Assembly: GCA_964016885.1 (NCBI GenBank)
Contig: OZ024745.1
Coordinates: forward strand, 26,722,001-26,786,000
From: Eledone cirrhosa
Lineage: Eukaryota
Reading direction: 5' to 3'
Length of the DNA: 64,000 nucleotides
Below the pieces are notes generated by a model, which had not been told where the DNA came from, did no database searches, and worked only from the letters and a program-made list of their open reading frames with translations. Numbering within the stretch: the first letter of the stretch is position 1; each line of letters begins with the position of its first letter. A program made the translations under genes and the position numbers. This document shows positions 30,819 through 40,791 of the stretch, in pieces.

Positions 30819-30874
30819 ACTGCTATATATATTTCGATGATAGCCATTGAATGGCTATGATCTCATCAGGCAGT
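30819..30874 (-). ncRNA. Type I hammerhead ribozyme motif (second copy of the 21303 family; repeat 30773-30938)
   Basis: Minus strand: actgc-CTGATGA-gat c atagcca ttcaa tggctat c atc-GAAA-tatata-TA-gcagt. Confidence 0.8.
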
Positions 30875-30933
30875 TAGTTAGTTCTTAGATATGGCAGCTC
30901 TGTGTTTATAGTGTTGATGGTATCAGATCCTTG

Positions 30934-30988
<55 letters not shown>

Positions 30989-31229
30989 AATAATAATAAA
31001 CGTGAAAACTAAAATCCAAAGAGGGCTCGATAAGGATAAATATATATCAAATATATAAGAACCCTAGAGCAAATATTTATTAAAATAACAGATTATAGTT
31101 TAAGCAAAGAATCGCTGCTGATTCTTTGCTTAAACTTTAATATATATATATATGTATATGTGTGTGTATATATATATATATATGGTGGCTGCCAACTCGT
31201 TTTCGAGTACGGCCACTACTTTATATCTA

Positions 31230-31752
31230 TGTAGGAGAACCCCTACGGATGCGCTGAACGAGTGTGACTTTTTAATCCAGCCAGCGACTTGAAAACTCTG
31301 GTACAAACACTACACTTGTGACGACAAGTGCAGAGAGATCTCCAGATATAAAGCAATGCCTGTGCCGTGAAGCTTTTATAGTGAGCAAAGGCACTGCACA
31401 AAGCCAGTCCCACTCTCTTAACCAAGATGATATTTACCAAAAAGAAGAACAAGTCAACATCATTGGATACCATCAGAGTTGCAGGTGTTATATCAGAGTT
31501 TTCCTTCTCCTAGAATTCTGCCTTGACAAAGGCTAAGGGGTCATCTCTCCCGGTGATTTTGGATGGCCATTGACTCTTAAGAGCTCCTTTGCCCTTTGAC
31601 AGGTTTTGTTTTTAGTCCTGCAGGATGTCCAAAGTCACCCTCCTCACCAAGAAACCTTGGTGGGGTTGCCAGTTTAGTCGCCAACGACCCGACCATGAGA
31701 CAGGTTGTACTGGGATACATGTTACCAGTAGCACCAACTGGTGACCTGACAT
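31230..31752 (-). mobile_element. Non-autonomous RTE-derived element (5' UTR fused to the 3' end)
   Basis: An RTE-like leader (ccttagcc..ctaggagaaggaaaactctga) is joined to a terminal C2H2-like peptide, HKCSVCTRVFKSLAGLKSHTRSAH. Confidence 0.55.
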
Positions 31753-31753
31753 A

Positions 31754-31784
<31 letters not shown>

Positions 31785-31907
31785 TTTAATTTGTTGGTAA
31801 TTCAACAAATATATATATTTATAACAGATTCGAAGCACTCGACAGTTTTCTGGAGCTTAATATCAATGATATTAATAAATGGAAACTATATTTATAAAAC
31901 CATATTT

Positions 31908-31967
31908 ATTCTATTATATATATTTCAAGGGTACCAAAAGCTTTGGTACGCTCTCATCAGATAAAAT
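31908..31967 (-). ncRNA. Type I hammerhead ribozyme motif
   Basis: Minus strand: attttat-CTGATGA-gag c gtaccaaa gct tttggtac c ctt-GAAA-tatata-TA-atagaat. Stem I is 7 bp and stem II is long. Confidence 0.8.
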
Positions 31968-31975
31968 TCAAAGTT

Positions 31976-32062
<87 letters not shown>

Positions 32063-32878
32063 AATATATATATATATATATAATGATAGTCTGTGGTACT
32101 AGGACTGAGAAGAAGAACACAAATCAAATCTAAGTGGTAATTAGCCGAAACCGCCAAGCTCGCAGTAGATCATCTGCATCAACTTATATATATGAATATG
32201 TGTGTGTGTGTGTGTGTGTGTGTATATTATATATATATACACAAATACACACTTATATTCACCGTAAGCCCACACGCTTACACATGCTCTTCCACTATAC
32301 ACAGACACCAACACGCCCTCATACAAGCTGAAGAGGAAGCCATAGCCGGCGTTAGAAACGTTGGTTATCCAAGCTAAAGTAAAATCAAACAAAATACAAT
32401 GACAAATAAACAGAGTATTTAAATAAATATCTCTCAAATTTAGTGAATACTTGTGCATGTATGTAATACAGCATGTGTGCGGTTATGTGTTACATGTAGT
32501 GTCTGTGCATATAGATGTATGCATGTGTATTAGCATGTATGCACAATGCCTCAATACTTTCTCTCACATGACAGTGTATTCCTGCTTGTATATGTACGTG
32601 TGTATACATATATGTATGTGTGTGTATGTATATATGTGTGTATGTATGTATGTGAGTGTATGTATGTGAGTGTATGTATGTATGCTTGTGAGTGTATGTA
32701 TGCCTGTGTAAATAATCATATGTGTTAGTTTGCATGTATATGGAACTCCTCTGTGTGTGTGTTTAAGTATTCGTTAGTCTTCCTTATTTACGTATGTATG
32801 TTTGTAAGTATGTATGCATGTTTGTATATATGTATATATATATACATTTATATATGTATTAACATATATGTATGTATA

Positions 32879-32915
<37 letters not shown>

Positions 32916-33070
32916 ATCCGCTTACATATATTCACCCACGCACATACAAAGTGAGAGAGGCTGAAAATAAATATATATACAGCCATGCACAAACAAACAG
33001 ACATATATATGTGAGAGTGTGTCTGTATGTGTGTGCACGTGTGTGCGTTTCTATGTGTACATCTATATAC

Positions 33071-33116
<46 letters not shown>

Positions 33117-33686
33117 TGAGTGTGTCGTGTGTTTGTATGTATGTGTCTGTATATTTACATGTGTTTACGGGTGTGAGCACTGTTTGATTTACTTGTATAG
33201 AACAATCATGACACTGTCGCTAACCCAGACTCGTCTCGCCAAACTAATCCAAATCAAACTTAACACATCTTCACCTCACATCCCAATTCACACCACATAT
33301 TATTACACTGCATCGCACCATATCTTCAAACTAGACCACACCCCACTACGCCTCACCACACCACACCACACCGAAATATAGCATATCGAATCTTGTCACA
33401 TTTCCAATCTAGTAAATCAAGCGTCTCTGAATACCCTATAAGATTGCCTGAAATGCAAGAAATAGTAGCCAATTCTCCCTCACAACTGAGATATGTGGCT
33501 GTTGTTTATCCGTCTGGTGGTTCTTGACAAAGTGTGAGCAGAAACTACTACCCTGGCATAAATATTACTAAAAAGAATAATCATAGAAACCTTTGACTAA
33601 TTCTATATATACAACTATATTGTCCTGACTTAATCATTGATTCTCAATGTATTTTATTAGATCTGAAAGCAAATTACGACCAAATT

Positions 33687-34010
33687 ACCGCATTTGCCGG
33701 CCCATTGGAAGCATTTTTTTCCAAAAAATATATAAAAATTTCTTCCCTGAATCCAATACACCCCCGTTTCACCGATGGAAAGCCGAACGGCGGGTCATGG
33801 TCAAAAATTAAGCTTGTATTACTATTAGTATTACTAATACAGTAATACAATGCAATTTATATAAGCAACATAATGTCAAACTTATATAAGACTTTCTGAA
33901 GAAACAATGAAATAATTTTTGATAAATTTGTGAAGAAAAGTACTAACATTCTTGTAAAATCAAGGGGCGTCTTATACGAAGGGTCAACCAATAGGGTAGC
34001 AAGTATGGTA
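33687..34010. mobile_element. pogo/Tc1-type MITE, decayed
   Basis: The termini taccgcatttgc and gcaagtatggta are inverted. A subterminal ggggcgtcttatacg motif is present. Confidence 0.5.
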
Positions 34011-34400
34011 TATCATGATGTCGCAAGAAAAGAATTATTGTAAAGAAAATGTACGTACTTTGGTAGCTGACTAGCACTTACTAAATAAACCCTCACCAAG
34101 TGCTTCTAAAAATTACGCTACAGTTTAAAGAACCACAAGTTGTATGATGTGATCTTGAATACAATATATCGGGAGAGTAGGCATAATATCCGACATACTA
34201 ACGGCTCTGCCCATTCATCAACAGAATGGTACAACATCGAACAATAATCATAGCAGATATCCCCTATAAACCACAGATATAACCGCTAACTTAAAATATT
34301 ATATCTATCATAGACAGCACGCTTAACATGTGAACACGCCACATCAAAACCTTCCATATATTTTTGTTCTTCGTTATATATATATATAACGAAGAACAAA

Positions 34401-34590
34401 GGGCGGTGGATTGGCAGAATCGGTAGAGGGTTGGACGCCATGTTTTGACGTATAGAGTTACGACCCTTGGCATTCTGAGTTCAAATCCCGCCGAGGTTAA
34501 CTTTGCCTTTCCTCCTTACGGGGTCGATAAAATAAAGTACCAGTAATGCACTGGATAATTGTTGGCCTTGTGCCAAAAGTAGAAACAGTT
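34401..34590 (+). mobile_element. Full-length tRNA-derived SINE copy
   Basis: gggcggtggattggcagaatcggtagag...gagttcaaatcccgcc...gtagaaacagtta. Confidence 0.92.
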
Positions 34591-34617
34591 ATATATATAT
34601 ATATTTAATATAGATGA

Positions 34618-34663
34618 GATTCTACAGGACTAGAACTGTTTCATTCTTTAGAAATCATCAGGA

Positions 34664-34666
<3 letters not shown>
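34618..34666 (-). ncRNA. Type I hammerhead ribozyme motif
   Basis: Minus strand: gattc-CTGATGA-tttctaaagaat-GAAA-cag ttctagtc ctg-TA-gaatc. A 5'-truncated sister copy is at ~18038-18097 (+). Confidence 0.75.
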
Positions 34667-34720
<54 letters not shown>

Positions 34721-34723
34721 TTA

Positions 34724-34761
34724 CGAGCTGAGGATCCGCTAAGGTGAAACAATTGTTCTCG
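34724..34761 (+). ncRNA. Minimal type I hammerhead ribozyme motif
   Basis: cgag-CTGAGGA-tccgctaaggt-GAAA-caattg-TT-ctcg, with palindromic stem III. It heads a repeat (34725-34845) that also occurs at 60592-60720. Confidence 0.7.
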
Positions 34762-35037
34762 GTATGGTGAACTAACTGTTGTGTAACCACTACTACCTAA
34801 CTCATCCCATGGACTGAGTGCTCTACCACTACGGATATTACCTTCCCTTCCTCTTCATACCGTTTATCTTTCTATTTCATCTTTTATTTTTCATTCTATC
34901 TTTTCGATGAAAGACTCTTATCCAAAACGTTAAGACACTTTTCCTATTATTGCAAGCGTTTAACTAATATATCTTTCATTGTATGCTATATTATTTCTGT
35001 TGACTTTATACACACACGCGCGCGCGCATATATATAG

Positions 35038-35145
<108 letters not shown>

Positions 35146-35154
35146 TTGTATATA

Positions 35155-35227
<73 letters not shown>

Positions 35228-36201
35228 GTCTGTACTTGTGTGTATTTTAGTTTGTGAATGCGCATCATTCTTTTTGTGTTTGCTAAAATTGGCATTCACG
35301 TAATTAACTGTGGATAATGAATTCTTAGATACACAATATCTAAGGAAAACAAAATACGAGAAGGTCACGGTTGGAATGCTTTCACTGTTTGGGTTAACAC
35401 GATCAGGATTTAAATGACCTGACACTAAACAATAACAACAGGTCATACCATATCCAGCAAATCACACAACTTTAAGGCACTAGCTTTATCTAACTTTCAC
35501 CATCACCTTTTCACACACGCACACACATGCACACACACACATTCACCTACACACACCCACACACACACGCGCGCACACACACATTACCCACACACTCATA
35601 TACATTCATATAGGAAACTCTGTTGAAATTATATCTTATCGAAGTTGATCAATAGACGGAAGACGTCTTATTTCCAAGGAGTTCATTCACAGAAATGTCA
35701 GACACACGTCTGACGCCAATCTTATAACCAATAAATCTATTTTTACATATTTTTGGCGCTCTTTTGTAGCAGAGGTATGGCTCTCGGTTGATATAGGATG
35801 TATTAGTGTGTTTCATACGGATGGCGTCTCTGAATCATTTATTTACTTCTATTTTTATTCCTCCTACCACCATAACCAACTTTAAGCATTCTACGTTCGT
35901 TGCATTGATGGAGCACTCTCTCCCTCTAGCTATTATATCCTACATGTTCTGCTGAGTGTCTGTAACTAGTTGGAACGAGCATCTAGACCCATTAGCGAAA
36001 GTCTGGAACGTTTCCAAGAAGTATTCAATTACATGTGACAATCGTAGTTTCACTTCGACATGAACAGTGAAAGACTATGCCTAACTGTTGAGTTCAGAAT
36101 AAGAGCGAAATATGACAAGTGCTCTCCTCTTTTTTAGCAAAAAAAAATTATAATAATATTAATAATTGACTAATATTGATTAGTTCTTCACTATATAGTT
36201 A

Positions 36202-36406
36202 CGAGGGTCGGTTGAAAAATTGCTAGGCTGTCTATGAAGGAGTTATGCAGAGCTGCGAAATCTTGCATGCATTAGTTTCAACTCTTATGTTGTATTGTTT
36301 CTTTCCAGTGACTTTGTCAAAAAATAAATCTCATTTGGTCATTCAATAAGAGTATCTTGGTCAGCCTATAAACATTCCAGCCTATGAATTTTTCAGCTGA
36401 ATATCG
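36202..36406. mobile_element. Short mariner-type MITE
   Basis: TA|cgagggtcggttgaaaaattgctaggctg ... cagcctatgaatttttcagctgaatatcg|TA form imperfect TIRs. Confidence 0.65.
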
Positions 36407-36465
36407 TATGCTAGGTTTTTTAAAATAAATTAAAAAATATAATTTAAATATTTACCTATTCCAAT

Positions 36466-36549
36466 TGCTTTTACCGATCGGTTTCACTTCACAAAACATT
36501 GGAGATCCCTAGGGACTTCCTATGGAAAAGTTTAGATCATCAGAAAGCA
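36466..36549 (-). ncRNA. Type I hammerhead ribozyme motif, left arm
   Basis: Minus strand: tgcttt-CTGATGA-(~50 nt stem II region)-GAAA-ccgatcgg-TA-aaagca. Confidence 0.75.
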
Positions 36550-36701
36550 TTTTCCTTTCCTAGGACTAAAAGTCCCAGGAACGGCAAAATATATTGCCAT
36601 CATGCATAGGTCAAATTTTCGGCCCCATTCGATCCTGTGCTAGCTGGCAGATGGCAATATATTTTGCCGTTCCAGGGACTTTTTGTCCTAGGAAAGGAAA
36701 A

Positions 36702-36785
36702 TGCTTTCTGAAGATCTAAACTTTTCCATTGGAGGTCCCTAGGGATCTCCAATCTTTTGTGAAGTGAAACCGATTGGTAAAAGCA
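36702..36785 (+). ncRNA. Type I hammerhead ribozyme motif, right arm
   Basis: tgcttt-CTGAAGA-...ttggaggtccc ta gggatctccaa...-GAAA-ccgattgg-TA-aaagca. Confidence 0.75.
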
Positions 36786-36866
36786 ATTGGAATAGGTAAA
36801 TATTTAAATTATATTTTTTAATTTATTTTAAAAAATTGTTTGAATCTTGCTTGCTCCGCTTATCTC

Positions 36867-36911
<45 letters not shown>

Positions 36912-37163
36912 TATATGCAAAAAAGAGTATTCTACAGATTTTCAGCCTGATTATTATCTTTGGAATTGATCCCAAATTATTCTTTTGTTTGCTGTCATAT
37001 TGGGCTTGAAACACGATTCTTGTGTGTCTAAATATACATAGAGGCAGAGAAATGCATAGGTATACCCCACACACAGCCATATATAAATATATATATAGGT
37101 ATATATACTATATGTGTGTATATATATATATGCGTGTATATTGATGACATATATATATAAATG

Positions 37164-37259
<96 letters not shown>

Positions 37260-37261
<2 letters not shown>

Positions 37262-37451
37262 AAAAAGTATGACCCCGACGGCAGAGCTCACGCCGTTTCG
37301 ACGGCTATTTCTGTCCAGAAATAGCCGTCGAAACGGCTTGAGGTCTGCCGTCGGGGTCATACGTTTTCATATTTCCCACTCTACTACCCTAAGTATTGAG
37401 TACTCTGGTGCGTTATGGTCCATCTGGTTCATTACCACAATTCCTTTATGT

Positions 37452-37455
<4 letters not shown>
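37260..37455. repeat. Hairpin-forming dispersed repeat; inverted sister copy at 39910-40072
   Basis: gtatgaccccgacggcagag..gacggctatttct gtcc agaaatagccgtc..ctgccgtcggggtcatac forms a ~45 bp stem. The flank gagtactctggt..tggtccatctggttc is mirrored at 39930-39990. Confidence 0.85.
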
Positions 37456-37486
<31 letters not shown>

Positions 37487-37639
37487 GTATAGAATAGGTA
37501 AAAGCGAGTAGTTTCAGATGTTCAAGTCCTTTAATAATAATTATTTCTACATTAGGCACAAGGCCAGCAATTACCAGTGCATTACTGGTACATTATTTTA
37601 TCGACCCCGTAAGGATGAAAGGCAAAGTCAACCTCGAAT

Positions 37640-37713
37640 GCTGTGATATATATTTCAATGACGACACTGGCCACACTGTTCTGTGTGCGAGTGTCGTGAC
37701 ATCATCAGACAGC
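37640..37713 (-). ncRNA. Type I hammerhead ribozyme motif, left arm
   Basis: Minus strand: gctgt-CTGATGA-tgtcacgacact...agtgtcgtcatt-GAAA-tatata-TC-acagc. Confidence 0.8.
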
Positions 37714-39007
37714 TTGTTACATAATAGGGTTATGTTTCCGAGGCAATCCAAGTTGAATCGACATGGGAACGGACGAAGTGTGTGCTTTTGGGTTCTTCAT
37801 CCGTTCCCCTGTGAGTACCAATTCACCCCCACCGGTCTGCGCAGGCGCATGCCGAAGGAAGTTGACCATTAGCTACCGCAGATTTCAACCAAATTCGCTT
37901 AGTCAGTTCACCCTCTCAGCCAAACATGACCCATTTAGGCCTGTACCATAGTTTACTGCTACCCGTCCCGTCTGTGGCAGTCAGCCAAAAACCAGAGGGG
38001 ATGGGAGAGTGTTAGTTTTTACAGGTCACAATTATACCTCTCACCAAGCATGGACAGTACGACTGACCATAAACTCCCAAGAGAAAATATACTTAATTAT
38101 AGGTATCATGGTTTTACATTGGAAGTTATGAGTGAGAGTTGGAAATAAAAATTAAAATCCTAAATCAAAAACCAGAAATTATAAATTAAACAATTAAAAA
38201 ATTAACAATTAGAAATTAAAAAAATGTTCAAGTGAGAATCCGGATTGAGGTGCGTAAAAAAACATATAGATTGAAGTGAGTAAATAATATGGAGAGAGAT
38301 GTTTAAGTAAGAAGTTCTGAGAGGGGTTCCAATGTCACAGTTACACTACCCACATATTGAACGATAGTGCCGTACATTAGAACGGAGGGTAAACTACAGT
38401 ATTCAAGGCAGTAGTCAATCTGGTACACAGTCATAATTTCCATCACATGGAACAAAACCAAAGAAGAACAGATATAAAGTACACAAAAGAAAAGAACTAA
38501 TAATGAATAAATGCAAAAACACAGAGTACTAAGATAAACCCATATTTTCCTGCACCAAATCGCTTTTGAACAGAAGCGCCCTCAATTCAATCTATACATT
38601 GACAAATTGACAATCATATGGATCATTTTGCATATATGTACTCTGTGTTTTTGCATTTATTCATTATTGGTTCTTTTCTTTTGTGTACTTTATATCTGTT
38701 TTTCTTTGGTTTTGTTCCATGAGATGGAAATTATGACTATGTACCAGATTGACTACTGCCTTGAATACTGTAGTTTACCCTCCGTTCTAATATACGGCAC
38801 TATCGTTCAATATGTGGGTAGTGTAACTGCGACATTGGAACCCCTCTCAGAACTTCTTACTTAAACATCTCTCTCCATATTATTTACTCACTTCAATCTA
38901 TATGTTTTTTAACTCACCTCAATCCGGATTCTCACTTGAAAAATTTCGTCCGTTGCCCTGTCGATTCAACTTGGATTGCCTCGGAAACATAACCTTATTA
39001 TGTAACA

Positions 39008-39184
39008 TTGGCAGTATCGGTAGAGGGACGGACGCCATGCTTTGACGTATAGAGTTACGGCCCTTGCCATTCTGAGTTCAAATCCTGCCAAGGTTAACTT
39101 TGCCTTTCATCCTTACGGGATCGATAAAATAAAGTACCAGTAATGCACTGCGTAATTGCTGGCCTTGTGCCTAACGTAGAAACA
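39008..39184 (+). mobile_element. tRNA-derived SINE with an 11 bp TSD
   Basis: attatgtaaca flanks it at 38997-39007 and 39185-39195. The homologous left arm has the empty site. Confidence 0.92.
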
Positions 39185-39196
39185 ATTATGTAACAA

Positions 39197-39270
39197 GCTG
39201 TCTGATGATGTCACGACACTCACACACAGAACAGTGTGGCCAGTGTCATCATTGAAATATATATCACAGC
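39197..39270 (+). ncRNA. Type I hammerhead ribozyme motif, right arm
   Basis: gctgt-CTGATGA-tgtcac gacact cacacacagaacagtgtggcc agtgtc atcatt-GAAA-tatata-TC-acagc. The triplet is AUC. Confidence 0.8.
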
Positions 39271-39275
39271 ATTAC

Positions 39276-39444
39276 TTGGCAGTATCGGTAGAGGTTTGGA
39301 CGCCATGCTTTCTAGCATAGTTACGTCCCTTTACAGTCTGACTTCAAATCCCGCCGAGGTTAACTTTGTTTTTCATCCTTACGGGGTCGATAAAATAAAG
39401 TACCAGTAATTGCTGGCCTTGTGCCTAAAGTAGAAACAATTATT
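39276..39444 (+). mobile_element. tRNA-derived SINE copy; truncated counterpart at 37536-37636 (-)
   Basis: Matches the family consensus. Confidence 0.9.
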
Positions 39445-39573
39445 AAAGGACTTGAACATCTGAAACTACTTCGCTTTTACTTATTCGATATTTACTCCGT
39501 CACTCCTATGTGGAAAAAGTACGTTGAGTGCTTGAATTGAATTGCATCAATATTTACCCTAAGTATATATATG

Positions 39574-39651
<78 letters not shown>

Positions 39652-40069
39652 GAGACAATATTTCGTAGATGGAAGAGAAATGACGTTTCAGGTTTCTATT
39701 CCAGACAACATAAGTGTCATGAAATAAAATGAAATGCTTACCAATGAGAATAGAAATCGATACAGCCGTTCTAATTACGTTGTGTTCATCATGTCCAATA
39801 TAGTTGTGCATGTAGGCACCAGTATATACACATATGCATGTGTCTGCCTGGGTATATACACACACATATATACATCTGTATGTGTGTGTATATATATATA
39901 TATATATATGTATAACGAAGGCGATGTGGTAAGGAACCAGATGGACCATAACGAACCAGAGTACTCAATACTCAGGGAAGTAGAGTGGGTAATAGGAAAA
40001 TGTTTAACCCCGACGGCAGAGCTCAAGCCGTTTCGATTGCTGCAACTCTGCCGCGGGGTTAAACATTTT

Positions 40070-40117
<48 letters not shown>

Positions 40118-40228
40118 GTATATATATATACGTATATATACATATATATACACATATACATATATATACTTATATTTATACATATATACTTATATTTATA
40201 CATATATACTTATATTTATACATATATA

Positions 40229-40284
<56 letters not shown>

Positions 40285-40306
40285 TATATGTAAATATATA
40301 TGTATA

Positions 40307-40348
<42 letters not shown>

Positions 40349-40791
40349 CATATATATATATATATATGTATGTATATATATATTTATATGCTTATATATA
40401 TATACACATATTTATAATATATACACATCTCTCTCTATATATATATGTGTGTATATACATGTATATGTATGACACACATATACACACGTATGTCAGAGTT
40501 AACTATCCATTCACCAGGCGCACGTCAACCTCCATTTACACTGTCTACCACTTTCTACCTGTTAGCTACCTTCCTTTCTAAAGAGCGCTGCTCTGTTGAA
40601 TTCCCCCCCCCCCCTACCTCCCTCCCTCAGCAACGCTACGTAGCTAGTCCCACCAGAGTCAGGATGTCTCCCCAAAACTGACACCCTCTGACCCCAGGGC
40701 ACAGATGGGATTACGATGTGACGCCTGCTTGTATCTATCCGACTTAAGGGTTTATCATCATCGACATCGTCTTTATAGTCATCACTATCGC

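Larger units (their letters stand above)
36416..36835. repeat. Long inverted repeat with ~186 bp arms and a 48 bp spacer
   Basis: 36416-36601 is the reverse complement of 36650-36835 with few mismatches. Confidence 0.95.
37490..39488. repeat. Nested ~2 kb inverted duplication
   Basis: The outer arms are 37490-37778 and 38945-39488 (the right arm carries an extra SINE). The inner arms are 38227-38529 and 38638-38940. Confidence 0.92.

Noticed and set aside
32324-32370. CTGAAGA...GAAACGTT hammerhead-like string
   Set aside because: Stem I does not pair (acaag versus ggtta). At most it is a decayed remnant.
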